Shown: positions 11,142-19,848 of the stretch, in pieces
How the letters are laid out: each line of letters starts with the position of its first letter
How positions within the stretch are numbered: the stretch's first letter is position 1
NCBI GenBank assembly: GCA_050248855.1
Contig: JBFWRP010000015.1
Coordinates: 1-40,497, forward strand
Direction of reading: 5' to 3'
From: Planctomycetota bacterium
Lineage (GTDB): Bacteria > Planctomycetota > PLA2 > JAEUHO01
Length of the DNA stretch: 40,497 nucleotides
Notes under the pieces: model-generated
Database searches by the model: none
The model's input: only the letters and a program-made list of their open reading frames with translations
What the model was told of the DNA's origin: nothing
Made by a program: the position numbers and the translations under genes

Positions 11142-12161
11142 ATGCCCACCTCCGCCAGTGCCTTGGTTCGGATTGCCCTCCCGGTCTTCATCGCGGGGAT
11201 CGCCTTGGCCCCGGCCATCCGGGCCGACCAGCCGCCGCCTGCACCAGCGCCCGCCGCTCCGGTCGGGGGTGCGGGAACGCTGCTCGTGGAGCCGGACCTG
11301 GGCGGTGTCGATCCGGATCTGCTGGTGCTGCCGGGTGACGTGGCCCTGCACGGTCGTGACCAGATCGCCTGGGCGACGCTCTTCGAGCGTGCGTTCGAGC
11401 TGGGCCTTGGTGCGCCCGAGCGGGAGATGCTGCGCACCGCGCTCGTGCGGCACCTGCGTGATGCCGGTGCCCTCGAGCGCCAGGAGTGGCTCGCCTTGCT
11501 CGATGCCCACGAGCAAGTGATGGCCGATGAGAGCGCCGGACGCGACGAGGCAGTTCGCGCTGCCCTCGAGCGCTTTCGGATCGAGCTGGACCGCTGCCTG
11601 GCGGCGCGTCAAGACGGCGAGCTCCATCGCACCGTGGCCCAGGTGCTCGGTCGGTCGCGCACTGCCGTGTGGCCCGGCAACCCGCCGATCGACGGGGTGC
11701 GCGCCGATGCCTTCATGGAGGCCTGTACGTTCGTGGCAGGGCTCGGTCGCAACGAGCGCATCGTGCTCACCGCGGGTCAGCAACAGACGTTGGAGGAGCA
11801 CCTTCGCGCGCAGCTCGCCGGTCGCGATGTCAAGGACCGGGAGGCCGTGCGCGAGATCGCGCTGCTGTGGGCGCGCGTGCGGCGCTCGTGGCCCTCGCTG
11901 GCCGCGGCGGCCAAGCTGCGTGCGCGCGGCGCGGCGGCCGCGCTGGTCGTGCGCTTGGTGCCGGGGCAAGCGCCCCGCGACGAGCGCGAGGCGCCGGCCA
12001 CGGTGCCTGCCCTCGTGGCCGCTGGGGAAGAAGCCCGCCGCCTCGGTGGCTCCTTCACCGCCACCACCAACGTCGCCCTCAACCCCCGCCACGTGCGCCA
12101 TGTGCTCCGCGCGGCCCTCGAAGAGGTGGGCAGCGAGAGCACGCCCCTCGCTCGCCACTAG
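11142..12161 (+). CDS. Hypothetical secreted protein
   Basis: Signal peptide (MPTSASALVRIALPVFIAGIALAPAIRA); helical body; start re-called at ATG 11142. Confidence 0.7.
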   Translation: MPTSASALVRIALPVFIAGIALAPAIRADQPPPAPAPAAPVGGAGTLLVEPDLGGVDPDLLVLPGDVALHGRDQIAWATLFERAFELGLGAPEREMLRTALVRHLRDAGALERQEWLALLDAHEQVMADESAGRDEAVRAALERFRIELDRCLAARQDGELHRTVAQVLGRSRTAVWPGNPPIDGVRADAFMEACTFVAGLGRNERIVLTAGQQQTLEEHLRAQLAGRDVKDREAVREIALLWARVRRSWPSLAAAAKLRARGAAAALVVRLVPGQAPRDEREAPATVPALVAAGEEARRLGGSFTATTNVALNPRHVRHVLRAALEEVGSESTPLARH

Positions 12162-12205
12162 ACGTCTTGGGGCCGCAGGCGCCGAGAGTCGCGCGGTCTG
12201 CCGAC

Positions 12206-13294
12206 GTGCCGCTTCGCGTGCTCGTGGACGCGCGTCCGGCGCGAACGGGGCGGAGCGGGGTCGGCACGTACGCCCGCGGGCTGTTGGCGGCGCTCGCGGA
12301 GCTCCCGGAGCCGCCGCACTTGGTGGGCTTCGCGGGGCGCTTGAGACGGCGCCGACCGGTGGGCGCGGCGCCGCCGGGCACGTGGGCCGATCGCGGCCTC
12401 CTACGCGTGCTGCTCGGCGTCGCGGCGCGGGCAGGCGTGGGCCTGGATCGCTTCCAGCGCGTGGACCTCGCGCATGCACTCGACCTGGCGCCGTTTCCGA
12501 TCCGGCCCTCCGTCCCCCTCGTGGCCACGATCCACGACGCCTTCCCGTGGACGCATCCCCAGTGGTTTCCGCTGCACTTGGGCGCGCGCTTGGCCGCGCG
12601 TGGCGACCGGCTCCTCGAGGAGGCGCGGCGTCTCGTCGCGCCCACGCAGCGCGTGGCGAACCAGCTGGTCGAGGAGGTCGGCGTGGACCCGCGGCGCATC
12701 GTGGTGGTGCCGCACGGCGTCACGCTCCCCGCGGGGACGACGCATCCGCCGCCCGACGTCGAACGCCCGTACCTCGTGGCGCTCGGCACGATCGAGCCGC
12801 GCAAGAACCTCGTTCGCCTGGTCCAGGCCTTTGCCCGCAGCCGTGCGCGCCAAGCCGGTCTGGAGCTGGTCGTGGCCGGCGCCATCGGATGGAACGCGGA
12901 GGCCAGCTTGGGAGCGATCGCGTCCGACGAGCGCGTCCGCCTCGTCGAGGCGCCCGACGAGGCCCGTCGCGACGAGCTCCTTGCGGGTGCCCAGGGACTC
13001 GTGCAGGCCAGCTTGGACGAGGGCTTCGGCTTCCCCGTGCTCGAGGCGTTGGGCCGTGGTACGCCCGTCCTGGTGGGCGCCGACACGGGGGCGCACGAGG
13101 TAGGAGGCGAAGTCGTCCTGGCCGCGGACCCGTCCTCGATCGACGCCCTGGCCGATGGGCTGGACGCCTTGGTCGACGCCGCGGCCGCGGGCCCCGGGGC
13201 CGTGGCGGCGCGCCGGGCCCGGGCCGAGGCCTTTCCGTGGCAGACGGCGGCAGCGCGTACGCTCCGCATCTGGCACGAGGTGGTCGAAGGATAG
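12206..13294 (+). CDS. Glycosyltransferase family 4 (GT-B)
   Basis: RVLVDAR..GVGTY, VATIHD, GTIEPRKN, DEGFGFPVLEA; start re-called at GTG 12206. Confidence 0.9.
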   Translation: MPLRVLVDARPARTGRSGVGTYARGLLAALAELPEPPHLVGFAGRLRRRRPVGAAPPGTWADRGLLRVLLGVAARAGVGLDRFQRVDLAHALDLAPFPIRPSVPLVATIHDAFPWTHPQWFPLHLGARLAARGDRLLEEARRLVAPTQRVANQLVEEVGVDPRRIVVVPHGVTLPAGTTHPPPDVERPYLVALGTIEPRKNLVRLVQAFARSRARQAGLELVVAGAIGWNAEASLGAIASDERVRLVEAPDEARRDELLAGAQGLVQASLDEGFGFPVLEALGRGTPVLVGADTGAHEVGGEVVLAADPSSIDALADGLDALVDAAAAGPGAVAARRARAEAFPWQTAAARTLRIWHEVVEG

Positions 13295-13296
13295 GC

Positions 13297-14367
13297 ATGA
13301 TCGGGATCGACGTGACCCCGCTGGTCCTCGGGCCGCGCCGTGGCGTTGCCCGAGCCCTGCATCAGCTGCTCCTCGCGTGGCATCGGCAGGCCCCGGCCGT
13401 TGCCGTCCACCCCATTGCGCCGGGTCCGCTCCCCGACGACGTCCCGCGCCTGGCGGGAGCGATCCGACCCCATGTCGAGCTGGACAGCCACCGGGCGCTC
13501 CGCGAGGCGATGCCCTTGCTCGTCGCCGACCACGACGTGCGCGTGCTGCTCTCGCCGTGGTCGGCGTTCCCCGACCTCCGTGTCCCGGTGGTCGCTTGGA
13601 TCCACGAGGTGCCGTCCGTCCGCCACGGACCGCTGGAAGGACGCGTACGGACGTGGGCCGACCGACGCTGGCTCAAGCGCAACGTGGACCAGTGCGCCGC
13701 CCTGCTCGTGCCGTCACGTAGCACGGAGGCCGACGTGCTCGCGGCCCACCCCGAGGCACGGCCCAAGCTGCACCGCATCCCCTGCGCGTTCGACCCCGAG
13801 CCCTGGCGCGCCGCGGCGCGCGTGCCGCCCAAGACGCCCTACGTCCTCGCGGTCGGTGCGGGCGAGGGCCGGACGGGCGCGCGGAAGAAGGGGCTCGACG
13901 TGGTGTTCGAGGCCTGGGCCCAGTTGCCGCTCCCCGGCCACGAGCTCGTGATCGTGGGCCAGCCGGCCCTGCCGCTCCCGCCGGGGGCTCGCACCGTGAC
14001 GGCCCCGAGCGACCTGGACCTGCGTCGGCTCTACGCGGGTGCGCGCGCCCTGGTCTACGCCTCGCGCAGCGAGGGCTTCGGCTACCCGCCGCTGGAGGCC
14101 ATGGCGGCCGGCACGCCCGTCATCGCGTCCGAGGCGGGCTCGATCTCCGAGGTGGTGGGCCCCGCCGCGCTGCTCGTGGAGCCGGGCAATGCCAAGGCGC
14201 TCGCCGCGGCGCTGCGTCGCCTGGCGGCCGACCCCGACCTCGAGGCCCGGCTGGTACACGCGGGCTACGCGCGCATCCGCGACTTCGATCCGCAGCGCAC
14301 GGCCAAGCGGGTCATCGACCTGCTCAGGTCATGCGCCGCGGAGGCGCCATGCGCCGACGCGTCCTGA
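13297..14367 (+). CDS. Glycosyltransferase family 4 (GT-B)
   Basis: MIGIDV..GVAR, SEGFGYPPLEAMAAGTPVIAS; start ATG 13297. Confidence 0.9.
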   Translation: MIGIDVTPLVLGPRRGVARALHQLLLAWHRQAPAVAVHPIAPGPLPDDVPRLAGAIRPHVELDSHRALREAMPLLVADHDVRVLLSPWSAFPDLRVPVVAWIHEVPSVRHGPLEGRVRTWADRRWLKRNVDQCAALLVPSRSTEADVLAAHPEARPKLHRIPCAFDPEPWRAAARVPPKTPYVLAVGAGEGRTGARKKGLDVVFEAWAQLPLPGHELVIVGQPALPLPPGARTVTAPSDLDLRRLYAGARALVYASRSEGFGYPPLEAMAAGTPVIASEAGSISEVVGPAALLVEPGNAKALAAALRRLAADPDLEARLVHAGYARIRDFDPQRTAKRVIDLLRSCAAEAPCADAS

Positions 14368-15347
14368 TCGACGCCACCGCCTACGGCGACGCGCCGTCTG
14401 GCGCGCGCCGCCGCGCCGAGGCCCTGGCGGGTCGACTGGCCGCACGCCTGCCCGACCACGCGGTCCAGATGTGGTGGGCCGAGGACGCGACGCCGCCGGT
14501 CACCCCGCTGCCGGGAGCTGCCGTCGAGCACCACGTGGCGCGTGTGTCCCACGCCGGGGGGGCGCAGCGTCTGGTCGCCGTCGCCTCGCGCTGGCGGGCC
14601 GAGCACCGACGCGCACCCCTGGCGGCCCTGCTGGTGGACCATGGGCCCGTGCCGCGGCTCGAGGGCGCGCGGGTCGTCGTGACCGTCCACGACGCCCGCA
14701 TGCACTCGCGGTTCGCACCCCCGTGGCGGCGCGCGTACGCGCGATGGTTCTTCGGACGCGCGCTCCGGCGGGCAGCGGCCGTCGTGGCCGTCGGGTCCTC
14801 GCTGGCCGCCGAGCTCGCACGGCGCCATCGCCTCGCGACCGACGCCGTCCACGTCGTGCCCGGCGCCGTCGACGGCGTGTTCACGCCGCCGCCGACCGGG
14901 GCCCCGCGAGCGGGCGTCCTCGTCGTGGACCGCGACGAGCCCCGCAAGGCGCGCGGCGCCGCGGTCGCGGCGGCCCGCGAGGCGGGGCTTGCGCTGCGTG
15001 TCGTGGACGCCGCGCGCGACGATGCGCTCTGCGCGGCCTACGGCGCCGCGGCGTGGTTGCTCGCACCCTCGCTCCTCGAGGGGTTCCACTTGCCCGTGGT
15101 CGAGGCGCTGGCCTGCGGAACCCCCGTGCTGGCGAGCGACATCGGAGCCCACCGCGACCTGCTCGACGCCGGGGCCCGCGGGCTGGTCGTCGTCCCCGCG
15201 CCCGAGCGACGGGGCGGTGCATGGGCCTGGCCCGGGGCCGCGTCGCGGCTGCGCGAGCCGCCGCCGCGTGACGTCGCGCCGCCGCCGTTCACCTGGGACG
15301 ACGCAGCCGACCTGCTCGCACGCGCCGTGCGCGGGCCCGGTTGCTGA
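14349..15347 (+). CDS. Glycosyltransferase family 4 (GT-B), divergent
   Basis: RVLIDAT, VVTVHD, EGFHLPVVEALACGTPVLASD. Confidence 0.85.
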   Translation: MRRRVLIDATAYGDAPSGARRRAEALAGRLAARLPDHAVQMWWAEDATPPVTPLPGAAVEHHVARVSHAGGAQRLVAVASRWRAEHRRAPLAALLVDHGPVPRLEGARVVVTVHDARMHSRFAPPWRRAYARWFFGRALRRAAAVVAVGSSLAAELARRHRLATDAVHVVPGAVDGVFTPPPTGAPRAGVLVVDRDEPRKARGAAVAAAREAGLALRVVDAARDDALCAAYGAAAWLLAPSLLEGFHLPVVEALACGTPVLASDIGAHRDLLDAGARGLVVVPAPERRGGAWAWPGAASRLREPPPRDVAPPPFTWDDAADLLARAVRGPGC

Positions 15348-15349
15348 CC

Positions 15350-16585
15350 TCAGGCCGCGACGAGCGCTTCCTTGAGCCTGCGCTCGATCGCGTCGAGGTA
15401 GCCCTCCGTCGTGAGCCAGTCGGCGTCCGTCATGGCGTCGCCCTTGATCAAGAGCGCGAGGTCCTTGGTCATCTCGCCCTGCTCGACGGACTCGATGCAG
15501 ACGCGTTCCAGCGTCTCGGCGAAGCGGACCACGTCGGGGGTGCCGTCGAGCCGTCCGCGGTGGGCCAGCCCGCGCGTCCAGGCGAAGATCGACGCGATCG
15601 GGTTGGTGCTGGTCTTCTTGCCCTGCTGGTGCAGGCGGTAGTGGCGCGTGACGGTGCCGTGGGCAGCCTCGGCCTCGATGGTCTTGCCGTCCGGGCACAT
15701 GAGGACGCTGGTCATGAGGCCCAGCGAGCCGAAGCCCTGCGCCAGCGTGTCGGACTGCACGTCGCCGTCGTAGTTCTTGCAGGCCCAGACGAACCCGCCT
15801 TCCCACTTGAGGGCCGCCGCGACCATGTCGTCGATGAGGCGGTGCTCGTAGTGGATGCCCTTCTCGCGGAAGCGACCGGCGAACTCCTTGTCGAAGATCT
15901 CCTGGAACAGGTCCTTGAAGCGACCGTCGTAGGCCTTGAGGATCGTGTTCTTGGTGGAGAGGTAGAGCGGCCAGCCCTTGTCCACGGCCACGGCCATGCA
16001 GGCGCGGGCGAAGTCACGGATCGAGGCGTCCGTGTTGAACATGCCCATCGTGCAGCCGCCGCCGTCCTTGTACGTGTGGATGATGCGCTCGATGGGCTTG
16101 CCGCCTCCCGTGGGCTCGTAGCGGATGGTGACCGTGCCGGGCCCCGGCACGACGAAGTCCTGCGCGCGGTACTGGTCGCCGTAGGCGTGACGACCGATGA
16201 CGATGGGCTTGGTCCACGTGGTCACGAGGCGGGGCACGTTGCCGATCACGATGGGCTCGCGGAAGACCGTGCCGCCGAGGTGGTTGCGGATGGTGCCGTT
16301 GGGGCTCTTCCACATCTGCTTGAGCCCGAACTCCTCCACGCGGGCTTCGTCCGGCGTGATCGTGGCGCACTTCACGCCGACGTGGTGCTTGCGGATGGCT
16401 TCGGCGGCGTCCAACGTCACCTGGTCGTCGGTCGCGTCGCGGTGCTCGATGCCCAGGTCGTAGTACTCGAGCTGGACGTCGAGGAACGGCAGGATCAGCC
16501 GCTCGCGGATGAACGCCCAGACCACGCGGGTCATCTCGTCGCCGTCGATCTCGACGATGGGGTTCTTGACCTGGATCTTGGACAT
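15350..16585 (-). CDS. icd: NADP-dependent isocitrate dehydrogenase (homodimeric type II)
   Basis: [51 protein letters not shown]. Confidence 0.97.
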   Translation of the reverse strand: MSKIQVKNPIVEIDGDEMTRVVWAFIRERLILPFLDVQLEYYDLGIEHRDATDDQVTLDAAEAIRKHHVGVKCATITPDEARVEEFGLKQMWKSPNGTIRNHLGGTVFREPIVIGNVPRLVTTWTKPIVIGRHAYGDQYRAQDFVVPGPGTVTIRYEPTGGGKPIERIIHTYKDGGGCTMGMFNTDASIRDFARACMAVAVDKGWPLYLSTKNTILKAYDGRFKDLFQEIFDKEFAGRFREKGIHYEHRLIDDMVAAALKWEGGFVWACKNYDGDVQSDTLAQGFGSLGLMTSVLMCPDGKTIEAEAAHGTVTRHYRLHQQGKKTSTNPIASIFAWTRGLAHRGRLDGTPDVVRFAETLERVCIESVEQGEMTKDLALLIKGDAMTDADWLTTEGYLDAIERRLKEALVAA

Positions 16586-16659
16586 CGGCTTGGCTCCTCC
16601 CGCCTCCGCCGCCCGTCCGCCGGCGCGAGGGCGCGTAGCCTACGGGGAGAGACGCCGGC

Positions 16660-17040
16660 TCAGGAACCGCTGGAGCCAGGAGGCGTTGCGGGCGGGGCGG
16701 CGAGGGCGTCCTCCAGGGTGGCGACGACGAGGCGCAACGCGTGGCGACGAGCCGGGGCCAGCCCGCCCAGGACCGCGTCGAGCTCCTCGCGGGAGACGGC
16801 TCCCGCTCGCGCGGGCCGTCCGCGGGCGAGCCCGTAGAGGGCCCCGGCGGCGGCCAGCGTGCCCGCGCAGGCCGAGGCCTGCCAGGCCAGGTCGGCGATC
16901 CGGCCACCCTCGACCCTCAGTTCGAGGGTCAGGCGGTCGCCGCACGCGGGATCCTCGCGGCGGGCGACGTGCGTGGGGGCCGTCAGGCGGCCTGCGCCCG
17001 CGGCTTCGGCTCGGTGTCGCTCGAACGGCGTGGCGGGCAT
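16660..17040 (-). CDS. IscU/SufU/NifU-N family protein
   Basis: DPACGDRLTLELRVEGGRIADLAWQASACA motif; 126 aa from ATG 17040. Confidence 0.8.
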   Translation of the reverse strand: MPATPFERHRAEAAGAGRLTAPTHVARREDPACGDRLTLELRVEGGRIADLAWQASACAGTLAAAGALYGLARGRPARAGAVSREELDAVLGGLAPARRHALRLVVATLEDALAAPPATPPGSSGS

Positions 17041-17058
17041 GCGGGTATCTTGCCGTGC
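17041..17058. promoter_or_regulatory. Putative bidirectional leaderless promoter
   Basis: 18 bp between divergent ATGs (17040 and 17059) containing TATCTT (+) and CAAGAT (-) as -10-like hexamers; no room for an RBS. Confidence 0.5.
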
Positions 17059-17655
17059 ATGGCGCGACTGGTCTGCATCCGCGGCGAGCTCGAGGGCTCG
17101 ACGTTCGACATCGACAAGGGCCTCACCATCGGTCGGGCCACGCACAACACGATCGTGCTCGCCTCCACGCGGGGCGTCTCGCGCGAGCACGCCAAGGTCT
17201 GGAAGCAGGGACTGCGCCAGTACAGCGTCGCCGACCTCGGCTCCACGAACGGGACCCTCGTCAACGACGGGCGGCAGGATCGCTCCGGGCTCTCCGACGG
17301 CGATACCGTGCAGGTGGGGGATGCGGTCTTCCGCTTCGAGCTCGACGAGGCCGACCGTCCGTCCTCTCCGGCGCCCGCGAGCGCGCCCGCCAGCTCCGGC
17401 CGCGCGGAGGCCAGCAGCCTGTTCACCGCACCGTCGGCGACGGCCGAGGGCGGCGGTGACGCGGCGCCTGCCGCGGGGGGCATGCCCCAGATCGTCGTCA
17501 AGGACCGCGTGCTGCAATACAGCAAGAAGGCCGACAAGGGCACGCAGCTCGGCTGGGACCTCTCGCAGCTGGCGGGCTGGCAGAAGCTCGTTTTCTGGCT
17601 CGTCGGCCTGGGCGTCGCCGGCGCCCTCTACTTCGTCGTCAAGAACGTCTTCTGA
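17059..17655 (+). CDS. FHA-domain protein with C-terminal transmembrane helix
   Basis: FHA signature TIGR..VSREHA..DLGSTNGT..LSDGDTVQVG; Ala/Ser/Pro linker; TM LVFWLVGLGVAGALYFVV. Confidence 0.88.
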   Translation: MARLVCIRGELEGSTFDIDKGLTIGRATHNTIVLASTRGVSREHAKVWKQGLRQYSVADLGSTNGTLVNDGRQDRSGLSDGDTVQVGDAVFRFELDEADRPSSPAPASAPASSGRAEASSLFTAPSATAEGGGDAAPAAGGMPQIVVKDRVLQYSKKADKGTQLGWDLSQLAGWQKLVFWLVGLGVAGALYFVVKNVF

Positions 17656-17714
17656 CGGCCGCGGCTCGGCCGACGACGCGAGCGGCGGGAGCCCCTCGAC
17701 GCTTGGACGCGCGA

Positions 17715-17811
17715 TACGGAGCCAGAGCAATTCTTGTCACCCAGTGTCGAAGGAGCCTTGCGACCAAGTTGACTGGCCGCACTGGGTGATAGGAATTGCT
17801 CTGGCTCCGTA
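17715..17811. repeat. 32-bp imperfect inverted repeat (MITE/REPIN-like or terminator) between convergent genes
   Basis: TACGGAGCCAGAGCAATTCTTGTCACCCAGTG (17715-17746) versus CACTGGGTGATAGGAATTGCTCTGGCTCCGTA (17780-17811); 2 mismatches. Confidence 0.8.
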
Positions 17812-17823
17812 CTGCGTTGTCGG

Positions 17824-18342
17824 CTACTCGCCGAAGACGCTGTCCAGGGCGCCGGAGGCGCCGCTCTCGAACTCGGAGTCGAGCTGTCCGAGGTGCGAGG
17901 TCTCGCGCGGTCCGCGGCCGACGCGCTTGAACAACATGGTCAGGCGCTTGCTCGCCTCGCCGGCATAGAGCCGGACCATGCCAATCGTGGTGCTGTCGTC
18001 GAACAGCGCCGTCAGCAGGGCGCGGCCGCCGACCAGCGAGAGCTGGATGTTGCCGGTGCGTCCCTGGTGGAACAGGGCGTGGAAGTCCTCTTCCCCGAAC
18101 TGGTGGGCGAGGGCCTTGGTCGCAGCGAACGACCCTGCGACCAGGGCGCTGATCGTGTCCAGGTCGACGCCGTTCGTCTGGCCGCGGTGCGTGATCATGT
18201 GACCGTCTTGGTCCACGAGCAACGCACAGCGGGCAGCGCTCTTCTTCAGGAAGTTCTCGAGCACGGAGTCGATGGCCTCGATGTCCTCGGCGTAGAACAC
18301 CAGGGCGCTGTCGCGGAGCTCCTTGTCGGTGCGGCTGGTCAT
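17824..18342 (-). CDS. mglB: MglB-like roadblock/LC7 GTPase-activating protein
   Basis: LVFYAEDIEAI..LLVDQDGH..ISALVAGSFAA..FHQG..FDDSTTIGMVRL closely parallels Myxococcus MglB; start re-called at ATG 18342. Confidence 0.88.
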   Translation of the reverse strand: MTSRTDKELRDSALVFYAEDIEAIDSVLENFLKKSAARCALLVDQDGHMITHRGQTNGVDLDTISALVAGSFAATKALAHQFGEEDFHALFHQGRTGNIQLSLVGGRALLTALFDDSTTIGMVRLYAGEASKRLTMLFKRVGRGPRETSHLGQLDSEFESGASGALDSVFGE

Positions 18343-18393
18343 GGGGGGATCCTTCTCGTCGTCCGGAGGGCTGCAGGTTGTCGAGGCCACGGA

Positions 18394-19458
18394 TCAGGAG
18401 CGCAGGAAGAGGAACCACGCGGCGCCGGCGATGACCGCCGCGAGCGCGAGGAACACGGCGACCTTGCGCGTGCGTCCGCTCGAGAGGCCGCCGACGTGGA
18501 CGACGCGGTCCTCCATGGAGCGATGCTCCAGGCGCGGCACCGCAGCCGGTGCGGGGGCCACGACCTTGTGCGTGACCGGGGCGGGGGCCACGGCCACCGA
18601 GGAGGCCGCCGCCGACGCCGCGGAGGCCACACGCGCGGCGGCCGGGGCCGGTGCCGGCACCGAGCGCGCGACGGCGGGCGGCCGCAGGCCCCCGGCGCGG
18701 GCCGGTGCGCGGGGCGGCTGCGCGGCGCTCTTCGCCGCGGGAGCCGGCACGCCGCCCACCTGCCGCTGGATGCCGCTGGCCATCGGGGCGGCGGGTGCTG
18801 CCGGCGCTGCCGGCGGCGTCGTCTGCTCGACGCGCGGCGGGCGCGCCTTCTCCTTGCCGCGTGCGTTGGCCAAGCCGCCCTTGTTGACGGCCTCCAGCAC
18901 CATGCCGGCCAGCTTCTTGAGCGTCGGGAACACGCCCTCGCCGGTCGTCGCGATCGCCTCCGAGTGGGGCAGGCCCGTCGGATTGAGCTCGGCTTGGAGC
19001 TCCGCAAGGCTCATCGCGTCGGGCAGGTCGCGCTTGTTGTACTGGATCAGGATCGGCACGTCCGACATGGACTTGCCCATCTCCTGGAGGTTCTCCTCCA
19101 GGTCCGCGAGCGACTCCTTGTTCTCGCGCATCTTGGCGCGGCTGGAGTCCGCCACGAACACGATCCCGTCCACGCCTTGCAGCACGAGCCGTCGCGTGGA
19201 CTTGTAGTAGATCTGCCCGGGCACGGTGTAGAGCTGGAACTTCGTCCGGATGCCCGCGATCTGGCCGAGATCGAGCGGCATGTAGTCGAAGTACAGCGTG
19301 CGCTCACCGGTCGTGGCGATCGAGGTCAGCTCGCCGCGGTGCTGCTCCGGCACCTTGCCGTGCACGAGCTCCAGGTTGGTCGTCTTGCCCGACATGCCCG
19401 GGCCGTAGTAGACGATCTTGCACTGGATCTCCTTCTGCGCGAAGTTGATCTGGACCAT
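18394..19458 (-). CDS. mglA: MglA-family small GTPase with Pro/Ala-rich linker and C-terminal TM anchor
   Basis: KIVYYGPGMSGKTT (G1), ERTLYFD (G2, catalytic Arg), TVPGQ (G3), NKRD (G4); about 160 extra residues ending VAVFLALAAVIAGAAWFLFLRS. Confidence 0.92.
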   Translation of the reverse strand: MVQINFAQKEIQCKIVYYGPGMSGKTTNLELVHGKVPEQHRGELTSIATTGERTLYFDYMPLDLGQIAGIRTKFQLYTVPGQIYYKSTRRLVLQGVDGIVFVADSSRAKMRENKESLADLEENLQEMGKSMSDVPILIQYNKRDLPDAMSLAELQAELNPTGLPHSEAIATTGEGVFPTLKKLAGMVLEAVNKGGLANARGKEKARPPRVEQTTPPAAPAAPAAPMASGIQRQVGGVPAPAAKSAAQPPRAPARAGGLRPPAVARSVPAPAPAAARVASAASAAASSVAVAPAPVTHKVVAPAPAAVPRLEHRSMEDRVVHVGGLSSGRTRKVAVFLALAAVIAGAAWFLFLRS

Positions 19459-19491
19459 CGTCGTCGCTCCTTGCTTCTTGCTCGTCAGCGC

Positions 19492-19848
19492 TCACGCGGA
19501 CGTGAGGCCTGATTCCTTCAGGATGCGCTGTGCCGCGTGTTGGATGTCGATGCTGTCGGCGCCGATCTCCAGTCGTGCGCCCACGAGCACCAACAGGTAC
19601 ATGGGGCCCGCGTCCACCACGACGAGGCGACCGCGGTCGGCAGCCACCTCGATCTGGCGAAAGTGGTTCCAGCCCTCGGCGGACAACGCCGAGGTGAGCT
19701 CGCGCAGGATGCCGCTGCCCAGCGCACCCAGGCGCTCGGGATCGAGCCCTTCGGCCGCATGGCAGGCCACGAGCATCCCGTCCTTGGCCACGGTCAGGGC
19801 GGCGCGCGCGTTCAGCGTGTGCACCAGGCTGCGGAGGATGTCGTGCAT
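19492..19848 (-). CDS. Roadblock/LC7 domain protein (MglC-like paralog)
   Basis: 118 aa from ATG 19848: AALTVAKDGMLVA..LGAL..QIEVAADRGRLVV..LLVLV roadblock pattern; start overlaps upstream stop. Confidence 0.8.
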   Translation of the reverse strand: MHDILRSLVHTLNARAALTVAKDGMLVACHAAEGLDPERLGALGSGILRELTSALSAEGWNHFRQIEVAADRGRLVVVDAGPMYLLVLVGARLEIGADSIDIQHAAQRILKESGLTSA

